Origin: Catajapyx aquilonaris
Taxonomy: Eukaryota
Direction: 5' to 3'
DNA: 33,645 bases
NCBI GenBank assembly: GCA_000934665.2
Contig: JYFJ02004246.1
Coordinates: 1-33,645, forward strand
In this document: positions 1 to 11,198 of the stretch, in pieces
How the letters are laid out: every line of letters starts with the position of its first letter
Numbering within the stretch: the first letter of the stretch is position 1
Translations under genes and position numbers: made by a program
The notes under the pieces: generated by a model
The model's database searches: none
What the model was told of the DNA's origin: nothing
What the model saw: the letters and a program-made list of their open reading frames with translations, nothing else

Positions 1-811
1 CCCCCCCAGGAGAATGTTCTATTTGGCAGTGGAGTCGGTCCACAGTAGAGTAATTTCCAAAGCCCAAAACTGGTGTGGCAAAGTTTAGTGCAGTAGTTCC
101 CAACCTGTGGGTCGTCGCGGCCCTGTTGGGCCTTGGGGGTCGCAAAGTGTTTTCCGGGTGGTTGGGCGGTGGCTGCGGTAATTTTTACTTGCAAGAAATT
201 TTATAGGAAATTTCACCACGAAGGTTTTTAAATGTTTTAATATGAGTAAAATACATTATCTTCTACTAATTCTCGGGGCAAGGGGGGTTGGGGGTCACAG
301 GTTACTTCTTACTTGACTATCATGAAAGGGGGTCGTGACCCGAAAATGGTTGGGAACCACTGGTTTAGTGCTTCAAATGGGTGGCTGGAAAGTTTCTGCA
401 ACAGGCACATAATTTCATGGAAAAGAGTGCATGGTGATGCAAGTGTCATGATCTCATGAATCTCGAAGTAGAATATTGGAAGAAGGTGCTGGGAAGTGTT
501 TGTTCGGGGTATTCCAAAGAGAACATTTTCTAACTGCAAATGAAACTGATCCCCTTATTTTTAAGATGTGCTGTATGCCAGAAAAAACTGTATAGGGTAA
601 AACATACTATTCCACAAAAATGCTACTATATGGACTGGTTTTGCACCATATTGAGGTCATTTTTGGATTTTTTTTGATCTCCCCATTTTCCTATCTGTCT
701 AACCAGCAAAAAATATCAGTAACGTCCTTGATCTGATAATATAGCGGAAACCTATCCATTACGGAAAAACTTTAGGGTTCCGTGCGATTCTGCAATGCAC
801 AGGTTTCACTG
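1..811 (+). mobile_element. Decayed Tigger/pogo DNA transposon, 3' part, interrupted by a hAT MITE at 91-362
   Basis: With 91-362 removed, the frameshifted translation reads GVAKFSASNGWLESFCNRH...GYSKENIF..NET, matching the CENP-B HTH 'ASNGWL..F..RH' and DDE 'IFN.DET' motifs. Bases 700-811 are the reverse complement of 19074-19170 and end in the TIR GGTTTCACTG. Confidence 0.75.
91..362. mobile_element. hAT (Charlie-like) MITE, 272 bp
   Basis: TIRs CAGTAGTTCCCAACC / GGTTGGGAACCACTG. Exact 8-bp TSD GTTTAGTG at 83-90 and 363-370. Confidence 0.85.
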
Positions 812-1394
812 CATATGCGTCAATTCCGCTAACAGAGTCGTGATTGACCTCCTCAGAGAAAAAACTCTTGCTTATTGTTTTCAAATTCTAATCATAGGCC
901 TACTACACAATGTCCCATTCGCATATGGATGAAGTTTATGAAGTGTATTTCATTCTTGCATACCCGTACATCTACCACCACAAAACACCCGGGGAACACC
1001 AGGTTACTTGCAAGTTATTGTGGCTTTGCCAAGCTTCAATCGCATACAAGTGTCACTCAGTCCCAACGACCGCAGTGAACTGTGGCGAATAAAATATGCA
1101 ATGGGGGGCGGATATTGTCCGGGAGCGAAAGCTCCGAGAGGAATACTACATACGTATTGTGCAGGTGCTAGAAACTTCTCTCTCATTTATCAAACCCCGT
1201 GCTAGTCATACCATATCGTAAGAACATGTCAGGTAACAAGCATGTAATCAAATGCATGAGATTAATGCTGCAATGGTTATTACAAGCTGTTTGCATGTCA
1301 TTTTCTACGAAAAAGTGAAAATAAACAAATGCAGAAAAGTGAATAAATTCAATTATGAAGATTATTAATTGCTCAAATATTACTGATGTATATA

Positions 1395-1792
1395 CTTGGT
1401 GTTTGTTACTAGTCCAGCCAACAGCCGTCAGCGTATTCCTGGGACCAAAACAAGTCGAAAATGTAGGGGGGAGAAATGTCGAGGGACCACCGGTTAATGA
1501 GGTAGATGACCAGAAACATTTGGCGGTGGTTGCCGAAGTTTCAGGATATGATTGGTGATAATCACTTCTGTGAAAGAGGTGACCTTGCAAATCCCAACAG
1601 TCGCGATTTTCATGCTCATATCCTGCTCCTTTGACAACCATTGACCAATGTTTCTGGTCAAGGTCATATTAAAGGTTGCTCCCTCGACATTTCTCTCTCC
1701 CCCCCCCCCCACNNNNNNCCCTACATTTTCGACTTCTTTTGGCTCAAGGAATAGGCTGACGGCTGTTGGCCAGACTAGTAACAAACACCCTG
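1395..1792. mobile_element. Foldback MITE, Tc1/mariner-type ends
   Basis: Imperfect inverted arms of about 150 bp (GGTGTTTGTTACTAGTC..GCCAACAGCCGTCAGC vs GCTGACGGCTGTTGGCCAGACTAGTAACAAACACCCTG), flanked by TA. Contains a 6-N gap. Confidence 0.75.
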
Positions 1793-2508
1793 TATAAATG
1801 CATGTGAGGGAAGAAGTAAAAAAAATGACAAAAACATTGATTAGCCCAGTGCACCCACTGACTCATGAGCCTATGGCGAAAGTATCATTTATCAGCAGCG
1901 ACCCAAACTGCCATACCCATCCTGATCAGCCTAAGACGCAGATACTGATTGCACTTTCATCTCTTACATGTCATAACAACATGCTAGAACATTCTTTCTG
2001 ATGCCTCTCCCAAAAAAATAAATGAGCAAAAAATTGCCTGCTTAAATGGAGATAACCTCCCAAGATATCATGCACAAACATACTGAATTCGAATTCAGAC
2101 GCATAAACCTATATTATAACTGACTTGAAGCACTGCACATAGATCTATACAGGGTATTCCACTTGAAATGTGACTAAGTGATTTTTTGGTATTAAGCCCC
2201 AAAACAGTTGCTTTTAGTGGTTATCAAGCTTAACTGAATCATCTACCCAGTCTCTGAATTGCAAAAACTTTCCTATTGGGAAAGAGCCCATTGAAACAAT
2301 GGGCATTGCACATCAACAATGCAAACCCATCTTTTGCAGGCTGTCATGCCCCACCACTAGAGGGATTCTCCAGCCTGCCACGGTAGTCAACCACACTACC
2401 TGGTTTGGGTATTCTATCCACACACATCACCCACAGTGGTGGTAAAGCGAGACCCCTTCAGACGTGAAAAAAGGTTTTGTCCATGCAACCTAATATTGAA
2501 TGACAATA

Positions 2509-3563
2509 AGGTAAGTGTCCCAGTGATGGACACGGTAAGGAAAAAAATTTACGTCGGACACTCTTGCCACGGGAATTGGTTTAAGAATTCCTCGAAAAAA
2601 ATATCGTTCAAATCATCGAGACTTGCTCTTTCATCCAATGCATACTCGTGCCACATTAAACAGGCTAATTTTGCATAAAAATGTTTTATATGCAAGTGTG
2701 AAAAGTTATGGACACCCAAAATGATGGCTGTTCTAGTTATGGACACCACTCATGTCTCAGTAATGGACAACCTCCATGTACTGTATTTACTGCTGTTATG
2801 TCAATATCATCAGGGAAGAGTAGGTTTTACGCCATGTCGGGTTAGTATAACTTAATGGAGTAATTAAATTTTATTCTGAATAATCATCCATTACAATAAT
2901 TATTTCATGTACATGGATGAATATTGAGTAACTGCACTTTAAATTTTTATAAAACACTTGTACACTGAAAATCAGAGCTGACTTTTTCATGAGCTTTCCA
3001 CTCACAAAGTAGGCCATGAATCGTAAACACGTGGGGAACAGGCAGGAGGCAGCCCCATGAAGGGATGTGACATATTGCCAGATTTACTATCAGGTTCAAA
3101 TACTTTTGGCCACTTTATCCTGAATGAAGCAACCCTTCGCACATACTCCATGTTAAGGAGGTGTGTGTGTGTGTGAAGGGTTGCTTCAAGACCAGGATAA
3201 AGTGGCCAAAAGTATTTGAACCCGATAGTACCACTTTCTCGCCACATTGCCGCATCCCTTGTTTTTTTAGCTGCCCAGTCTCGGGCGGTCTTGGGTGTCG
3301 ACTATGGCCCAATGTCTAATTGTCCAGATGGGGTGTCCATAATAAACCACTAAGAAAAGCACCATTTCAAGGCAAAAATGGGAGGTGATGTGTTCACGCG
3401 CTTCTCATTCACTAAGTAGGCCATGAATGGTACGCATGTTGCGATCAGCGAACCCCAAAGGGATGTGAAATTATGCCGGATGTCTCATTTCCACTCAATA
3501 TTGCCGCATTCCCTTGTTATTTAGGTTCCAAGACTCCGGTGTCCATCACTGGTACACCTACCT
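2509..3563. mobile_element. Non-autonomous TA-flanked DNA transposon with repeated ATGGACAC motifs
   Basis: TIRs AGGTAAGTGTCCCAGTGATGGACAC / GTGTCCATCACTGGTACACCTACCT with TA on both sides. Internal ~130-bp diverged direct repeat starting near 3007 and 3414. Confidence 0.7.
3087..3228. mobile_element. 142-bp hairpin MITE, copy 1
   Basis: About 58-bp inverted arms CTATCAGGTTCAAATACTTTTGGCCACTTTATCC..., TA flanks, (GT)n at the loop. Homologous to 5016-5156. Confidence 0.8.
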
Positions 3564-5015
3564 TACTTTTGATAACCACTATTAGTAAAATTCAAGTTAT
3601 TGCTCAAAAATAAGCAGCCTAAGGCCAAAAATTGCTAGGTAAAGCAAGCATTTCAACTGGAACACCTTTCATTGGTGGATTCGACTCACAGACCTAATTC
3701 CACATTGATTTTAAACAGTAAGATTAATACATCCACAAAGCAGAAATGAGTCAGATAAATACTGTGTACAAAACTCCTACATTATTAAAAAACTAATTAA
3801 TGCAAAGGGTCAAGGAGTTCAGGAACACAATATTATCAAAGTAACGCATGATGGGTTGATTTCCGTAAGTAGGGTATGACATTGCACAAAAATAACTGAC
3901 AAAAGCAAAATGTTGTGAAGGAAAATGGATCAATTCATAATTATTTTATGAGCACAGACCTTACTATATGAGCAAATTTTTTCTTATGATGGGGTCAGAC
4001 GAGACAATTTCAAAGTACAGTATTTTGTAAGTTTCATATTGTTAACTTTAGTAATCTCGCTTTTTTGGGGTTAAAAGTGACTTCAACATGGGTACAAGGT
4101 TACTTCAGAATTGGGATGCATATTCTAAATTGCTATTTTCAGCAATTCATAAAATCCTAATTTCGCAACTGTTTATAATATGACCTGATAGAAGAACTCT
4201 AAAAATTTTGTTCAAAACAAACCCAAACATGTAGTGTAAGAGTGAAATAAGAGCAGTTTTTCTTAAAAGTGTAAATCAAACACACTCCTTATGATTACAA
4301 CTGATTGTCAGAGATTTTGCAGAAGGGCTTGAAAGATGAGTGGAGTGACATGGTCAGTCACAACTTGAAACTGGGTAACACCACTCTCAGGAGGTCACAA
4401 TATTGCCAGTGGGTGCCACTATAGAAGTGGCAACCACACGTGTTTCTGCATCCATGAAAGCTGTTTCATAACACATTCATATGTAATATCTCTGAAACTC
4501 CCTCTTCAGAAAAAAGCTTCCCAAATTTCTCTCCTAATTAAAATGTTCAGGTTTTCGTTGAGTAAACTGTGATGAGAGAGTTACAATATTTCTTAATAAA
4601 AGCAATTTGCAAAATTACTTGCCTACAAGTGCCTGAAAGTATGTCTTAGAATGTGAATCCCAGGTCTGAAGGGGTCAGTACAGATGTCTTTTGACCATCT
4701 TGGAGGCTGCATGGTTTCATTGCCCATATCCACCAGTCAAGGTGGAAAGTGTTGTTGCAGGTCTTGTCTTCCCCAAGGATTTCAAATTTGGACTTTCAGT
4801 TTGTCATGGTTACCAAAACCAGCTGACAGGAGTGGATTTGAACCCTTGCTAGAGGGACCCCTTGATCCGTAAGGGAAACCTGTCATCAAGTTTGGCAATG
4901 CCACGTAACAATCCCATGATCCAAATCCATCCAAAAATGGGTGGGAGGGGTTACTACAAAAACAAACCAGTCTTGAAGACATGTGTGGAGACACCCAATC
5001 TTGAAAAACCTTGTA

Positions 5016-5156
5016 CTATTGGGCTCAATTAGTTCCAGCCACTTTATCCTGGTCTTGAAGCAACCCTTCGCACAGGCCCCACGGTGAGGTGTGTGTGTGT
5101 GAGAAGGGTTGCTTCAAGATCAGGATAAAGTGGTCGGAACTAATTGAACCTGATAG
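5016..5156. mobile_element. 141-bp hairpin MITE, copy 2
   Basis: Same family as 3087-3228; inverted arms and TA flanks. Confidence 0.8.
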
Positions 5157-5794
5157 TACTGCATGGTTGGAAAGACCCACCTAATTTTTATGTATGTGCA
5201 GTGTAAAAATGGTAAGTGAAATCATCCATAGTTTAGCAATGATAATTTAATACAGTGAGTGCCCATTATCCATGGTTTAATTATCTGAAGTTTGAAAATA
5301 TTGAATATATTTTAAAAACTGCATTTTAAAAATGCAGTGCGTAGAGTACATTTATTACAGTAGAATTCTGTATTGTTATAACTATCCTATTTTATTTTTT
5401 TGTTTTGTTGATGTCTCGATGCATATAGTTTGTAAATTGAAATGTATATGAAATAATGTATGCATAATGTAAATTATATACGGCTCGTTTTATCTACAGT
5501 TTCCACTTATCTGAAGGGGGAGGAGGGGGGGGGGGGCTCCCTATACACACACACACACATACATACTTTTCAATTATGTATCATCGTTTTGTTCAATACT
5601 GTCCAAAGAACCTTTGATCTAACATGCACTAACCCTTTGCAATGTCAAAGGCCTGTTTAATCATGTCCTAATTCTGACAAAACAGATCATAACTTTTTCT
5701 TTTTGCAGTCTCTCTCACATGCTATTCTATAGTTTATCCTCGAGTCCTTGATTGCAAGCAAAATGAGCACACAAAAAAGTGACTAGTGACTCAC

Positions 5795-5967
5795 AGGTCA
5801 GCACTACAAGTGCAGTTCTAAGCCCATAGTTGGCAATAGTCTCTATCTTGTCAGTTGGGAAGCACGGCTTCAGGCTGGGCCACATTATCTCGATGGGAAC
5901 ATAGAACTGAAGAGCATATGACAGGAAGATGCAGGCAGCCATTAGCAGTTTCACAGCCTGGGACAAC
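5795..5967 (-). CDS. SLC36: SLC36 proton-coupled amino acid transporter, internal exon (last one found in the window)
   Basis: LSQAVKLLMAACIFLSYALQFYVPIEIMWP...LRTALVVLT. Acceptor TTTCAG and donor GTGAGT; phase 2 in, matching the previous exon. The expected C-terminal TM exon(s) were not found in 1-5794. Confidence 0.93.
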
Positions 5968-6981
5968 CTGAAATTTCAGAAATGTGCATATGAATAATCA
6001 ATAACAAATAAACTCCAGAACAGATGGCTTCAGTAGAGTTCATATACACCCAAGAAAATGAATGTATGTCAGAGGCACATACTGTCAAGAGTACCTTCTC
6101 AATCTAACTTTAACTTCAATTCACTGCACTGCCAGCCAGTGATGCCTTAGAGTCCAATGAAACATATGTCGATGTTCATAAGTGGTTATCTCACATCTGT
6201 ATTAGTAAAAATCATCTCTCAAACTGTAATTTCTTGCTCCTGTCACCTCATCTTCCATTTTGGCAGTGCACTACTCATCATTGGAAAGCCCATTTAATAG
6301 GCTTTTCAACTTTGGCATGTATGATTCCATTCAAACCTTGAAGGTGGGGTCACACGGGCAATTGAAAATCACCAAAAATTATCGAAACCTGTGCCAACAC
6401 CAATCCTGAAACCTATTATTTTCACTATTAAATTCATGGATTCCATGATTATATATCCTTAAAGTAAGTGAAGAGAGAGTCCAAAATCATACATCCAAGT
6501 TTGGATGTTTTCCTTTTGGGAGTTGCAGGCTCCCAACCCAAAGAGCAAAGGTAAAATAATGTGTGAAAATGCATATTTGTTGCACCATGGCTTAAACTCA
6601 CATCACAGGGATAAGCAAACTCAGATGCATACATTGTGTACATAACATGAAAGCCACCTTCACATATCCCTATAAAATGGTAGTCAGTGAAGAGGAAGAT
6701 GCAAGGGTAAACGGTGCAATACGAAATACCAAATATGACCATAATAAGACATGGTCATGAAACAAGATGTGATGGATTATATGTACAGTGTGGTACAGTA
6801 CACTGCTTTAAGTTGACACCTCCACCAATGTGATAGTATAAAATGAAATGCCGTACTCACTCCAGTAGCACATGCATATTCCTACTGGTAGATCCCAAAC
6901 TGTACAGTTGCAGAATTGAGTGAGGTGTCAAGCCTGAAGCTCAAATTAACCTCCAAGAGAGGCGATCCTCCCCCTGAGACT

Positions 6982-7211
6982 TTATAATTGATATTAAGGA
7001 GGTTGGCCCAGCATTGCCTTTCAACCTCCAAGGATAGGGAAGGAAGGAAGCGGCTGTGGCCTATTATACGGAAGCAACCCAGGAATTATCCTAGGAAGAC
7101 CGTGGAAAACCACAGAAAACCACGGCCAGGGTTGCCGGCCCCGGGATTCGAACCCAGGACCTCCCGATTAGCAGTCGGACGCCCTATCCACTATGCCAAC
7201 CTGCTTCGGTG
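6982..7211 (-). mobile_element. tRNA-derived SINE, family C
   Basis: B box GGGTTCGAATCCC on the minus strand. 14-bp TSD CTCCCCCTGAGACT at 6968-6981 and 7212-7225. The body (GGAAGGAAGCGG..GTGGCC...GAAAACCAC) resembles SINEs I recall from hemimetabolous insects (unverified). Confidence 0.8.
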
Positions 7212-7534
7212 CTCCCCCTGAGACTGTGTACACGGCTCTGGAGAGTACATGCATGACTGAAGCAAGTAATCCATCCCATTTCACATCCATTGTTGGAGAT
7301 GTTAACTTTGGCAGGATACACTTGGTAAATACCATTGGAGAGCTCATTCAACACTCAGATATAGCTTCCTGCCACAACTGAATATGAGGCAACACTGGCA
7401 TGATCTGCAAAATTTTTACTGATACTGAATATGTTCAACAAAATACTCCATTATTTTATCTGAGAGAAAACCACAAAAGTAACACTAGTTGAAACTTATA
7501 AGATGAAATTATACAGACCACAAATAAAACTTAC

Positions 7535-7970
7535 ACATCAGCTTTTGGCAGATTAAGCGTGACGCTTCCCATGACAGTATCACCATACTGCAAGTATCCA
7601 AAAAAACCAATGGCTGCATAAAGGGAGGCTACAATGACCATGGCTGTATTAAGAACTCCAGAACATCCTCCAAGATCTTTGGGAGTCTTCATTTTGTTTT
7701 CAATGGGTAGGATGACACCAATTCCTTCAAATGCATATATGGCTGTGCCAAAGTAGAGGGGTAGTTGGGCCCAGGAGGCGAAAGCCTTGCGGGACGACAC
7801 AGGTGGCAGGTCTTGGACAGTGTAGTAGAGGATGATTCCAAGGCCCACGAACATGAAGCCATTGGCCACCAACGAGAAGGGGGCCAGGAATTTCAAGTTG
7901 CGAATGTAGTTGAGGAGGACCATCGGAATCAAGAACATCAGGATGTAGTAGTGGAAGTCAATTTCATTCC
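7535..7970 (-). CDS. SLC36: SLC36 transporter, internal exon
   Basis: NEIDFHYYILMFLIP...IRNLKFLAPFS...LPLYFGTAIYAFEGIGVILPIENKMKTP...GFFGYLQYG...GSVTLNLP. Acceptor TTCTAG and donor GTAAGT; phase 1 in, 2 out. Confidence 0.97.
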
Positions 7971-8149
7971 CTAGAAGTGAAGAAAGTGCTTTAAAAATGC
8001 AGTTTAAGACACTAAATACATAAGCTAAAATTATGTATGTAATAGATCACAAATGGTGTCAAATTATGTGGTGTTACAAATTTAGTATTTTCAAGCACAA
8101 AGCACTACAGGCACTAACTAAGATCTTATTGAGGGTGATGTCACCATTG

Positions 8150-8913
8150 CACAGTGTGTCCAAACGCGGGATTGCTTGGACAAAAATGGAAAAACCAAAT
8201 TGGTCGAATCGTGTCAAATCTGCCCTAATGTAAGAAAGTAATATCAGAACAATAATAAAAACCGCTTTGGTAGGTGCAATTGAGATGGGTTTCATACCAG
8301 GCAGGTACTCAAGTCGAGTGTTCGCCTGCCACCTTCTTGTGCCTATTCAGTCAGCTTCGAATGGTCATGGAAGAAAGGTCACCGCATTTCCAAATCCAGG
8401 CTGATCCGGATTTTAAGCTGTGCATAAAATACCTCTGGCTAAGTACTACTTACTGTCATGTAGCAATTTGAATGTGACCATGGAATATCGGTGCCAGGCG
8501 CTCCTTTGTTGAGGCCTCCATCACACGTATTTGTCACGTCATTGATTTGATTTCAAAGACAAAAAGTAACGGATTTCACAATATTTCACTTCGAATCACA
8601 TATTAAACGAAAGACAAGACTCCCCAGTTATAGACTCACTTTGTTTCAATTCCCCATAATGCCCCATTTTTCTAAAAGGAGGTCACATTTGTCAGGGCAG
8701 CATACTGCTACCCTGACAAAAGGTGCAATTATGTGCACTTAAAACAAAGTGAATCTATAACTGAGGAATCTAATAGTTTGTTTGGTGTGTCATTCAAAGT
8801 GAAATTCGCTACTTTTTGTCTTAAAAATCAGAGGAAAGTCATGATCCCATCGTGACAAATAAGTGTGGAGTGGGAGCCATTGTCCAAGCATTCACGTGTT
8901 TGGCCACACTGTG
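8150..8913. mobile_element. Non-autonomous Transib-like element with RSS-like TIRs
   Basis: Both ends begin CACAGTG; ~34-bp imperfect TIRs; exact 5-bp TSD CATTG at 8145-8149 and 8914-8918. No transposase ORF. Confidence 0.8.
8528..8861. repeat. Imperfect ~330-bp foldback inside the Transib-like element
   Basis: Successive inverted matches: TATTTGTCACG/CGTGACAAATA, AGACAAAAAGTA/TACTTTTTGTCT, CAGTTATAGA.TCACTTTGTTT/AAACAAAGTGA.TCTATAACTG, TTTGTCAGGG/CCCTGACAAA. Confidence 0.75.
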
Positions 8914-9297
8914 CATTGTGAAGGCTACTTTAATCTTCAAATATGAAATATGAATTTTTACCTTGAGTATCATAATACACACGAGATACATGGAGGTTTA
9001 ACTATTACTATTAAATCACTATGGCCACTTCAACTGGAACACATTATGTAATTACACTTAATATATGTGGAAAGTCTCGAGTCTTGATAGTGTTCCATAT
9101 CACAATCACTGATACAATCAATCATTCAATCAATGGCTTTATTTATTTAAGTTGGTCAGCCTGCACCAATGGCCACTTTCCCGACCAAATACAAATTCCC
9201 CATCATAATCTCAAATACAATCACAGCTAAATACTTAGTGAATTGTATAAACTATAAACTGTGCAATTAATGATTTCATTTTAAAACAACAACTCAC

Positions 9298-9529
9298 CTT
9301 TTCCTAGGTAATGATCCACCACCTGTTGCACATTTTTGGATATGAACACAATGTAGACACAACAGAACCCAAACTGAGTTATGCATAAAAAGACGTTCAC
9401 TATTCGCCGAGCCCAGGGGGAGAACCCACGTGTTTTGGATGGGCCAGACTTGAAGGCGTACTCAGCCACATCTGAGAAGTCAAGGGAAGCGCGTTGGGTG
9501 CGTCTGCACAGCTCATGTGAACATCTGAC
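9298..9529 (-). CDS. SLC36: SLC36 transporter, internal exon
   Basis: VRCSHELCRR...ARRIVNVFLCITQFGFCCVYIVFISKNVQQVVDHYLGK. Acceptor TTTTACAG and donor GTGAGT; phase 0 in, 1 out. Confidence 0.96.
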
Positions 9530-9805
9530 CTGTAAAATGAGACTGTAATTACAAAGTGCTACACCAGCAGTAAGAGTGAGTATAAAGGGAGATTTTGAAG
9601 TTCTTAGATAACATATTTTCAAACTACAAAACTACACTGTACTCCTGATTATCTGGACTAATGGCTGCACGGGGCTGTCACCGGATTATCGGAAAACACG
9701 GATTATAGGAAAATAGCCCTAGACACTGTAAAGTGAGCTATAATTGCTTAGCCTATTCACAGGTATTAAATGAAGGCCTGTACTGCTTTAAATAAGATTT
9801 AATCA

Positions 9806-10158
9806 GGGAGGCGGAGTGGTGCTGCGGTATCGCACGCACCCACGGATGTTAAGGTCCTGGGTTCGATCCCAGCCCGGGGTTCCCCCCTTCATCTTGTGCA
9901 GAGTTGGGCCATCACTGGCTTCGTCTCGGGTGGAAATTTCCGCTAGACTAATCCACCTGAGGAAGTTCACAAAATGACCAAGCAACGACATTGCACTTGC
10001 ACTTTGGACATCCCCTCCTACCTACCCTAATTGTGGCCGAACTAAATAATTGTAAAATTATACACAATACACATGGTTCCATATATGGTGGTATTCCCAC
10101 CCCCCTAAGAGGGCCTTTCGGCGCTAGCACGAGGTATCTTTGGGGGGGGGGGGGGAAA
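9806..10158 (+). mobile_element. tRNA-derived SINE, family A (variant 3' tail)
   Basis: A-box-like GTGGTGCTGCGG and B box GGTTCGATCCC. Body homologous to the copies at 11842, 14232 and 19428. Possible short TSD TTAATCA (9799-9805 / 10159-10165). Confidence 0.8.
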
Positions 10159-10251
10159 TTAATCAAAATTCTGGGAAAAGTCTGGTATACAGGGTGAAGG
10201 GAAACTCGCGTATAATCGCCAGGTAGACTGATAGTACTCGCAAAACTAATA

Positions 10252-10884
10252 CAGGGTGTATCAGAGTCACGGGTCAAGCGAGTGCGAGGTGGTGGGGAAA
10301 AATCGTAGGTGGCGACAACCCCGGTCGGTTTAATAAAACAATTAGGAATACGGCAGTAATCAATTTATTTATTATGGTCTACGGCGTGACGTCACGTCCA
10401 ATCAGTTTGAATCGAGTCAGGCAGGCTGGCAAGAGTCAAGGTAAGTTTGAACCTGGTTGAACGGGTTTTTAGCCTTGCGGTTGCACTGAAAAAGGCTACA
10501 CAATACACAGTGTACACACTACAAGTAGTGTGTTCAGTACCCTGCCGGTGTAGCCTTTTTCAGTGCTGAAAAAGGCTACACAATACACAGTGTACACACT
10601 ACAAGTAGTGTGTTCAGTACCCTGCCGGTGTAGCCTTTTTCAGTGCAACCCGCAAGGCTAAAAACCCGTTCAACCAGGTTCAAACTTACCTTGACTCTTG
10701 CCAGCCCACCCGACTCGATTCGATTCAAACTGATTGGACGTGACGTCACGCCATAGACCGTAATAAATAAATTGATTACTGCCGTATTTCTAATTGTTTT
10801 ATAAAACCGACCGGGGTTGTCGCCACCTACGATTTTTCCCCACCCCCCTCGCACTCGCTTGACCCGTGACTCTGATACACCCTG
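10252..10884. mobile_element. Young foldback MITE (Tc1/mariner-type, TA TSD) with a tandemly duplicated 80-bp apex
   Basis: Near-identical ~240-bp inverted arms starting CAGGGTGTATCAGAGTCACGGGTCAAGCGAGTGCGA; TA flanks. 10486-10565 is repeated at 10566-10645. Confidence 0.9.
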
Positions 10885-10890
10885 TATAGG

Positions 10891-11198
10891 GATGTGCAAT
10901 TAGTTTTGGGAGCCATTGCATAGTTAATGTGTAAGGCGCCGTCAAAGTTTCGTGACGTCACATCCGTTCCGCCAGCTTCTAAGAAGTAAAAGTCAGCTTG
11001 AGGCCTCCAAACAATTCAGCTTGGGTCCTTACACATAGTCCATGTGCAATAGGTGATCAAATCCCATCAGAGTAAGAATCCGAGTACGACACTTGTGCAC
11101 TTTGTTGTTTTTGCCTAATATTTTACCATCCGGCCCTCTACACTTTAAAGGCGCCGTACGCATTAACTACACAATGGAGTCAAAAAGTAATTGCACAT
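10891..11198. repeat. Older imperfect inverted repeat, probably part of a host MITE starting near 10190
   Basis: ATGTGCAATTAGTTTT..CCATTGCATAGTTAATGTGTAAGGCGCC pairs with GGCGCCGTACGCATTAACTACACAATGG..AAAAGTAATTGCACAT. The right outer end is not resolved. Confidence 0.5.

Larger units (their letters stand above)
2150..3669. mobile_element. Outer Tc1/mariner-type MITE hosting two nested elements
   Basis: Ends CAGGGTATTCCACTTGAAATG / CATTTCAACTGGAACACCTTT, plus a subterminal inverted match TAGTGGTTATCAA / TTGATAACCACTA. Confidence 0.55.

Noticed and set aside
10486..10645. Palindromic tandem units resembling a CRISPR repeat
   Set aside because: Only two abutting 80-bp units with no spacers, inside a eukaryotic MITE, and no cas genes.
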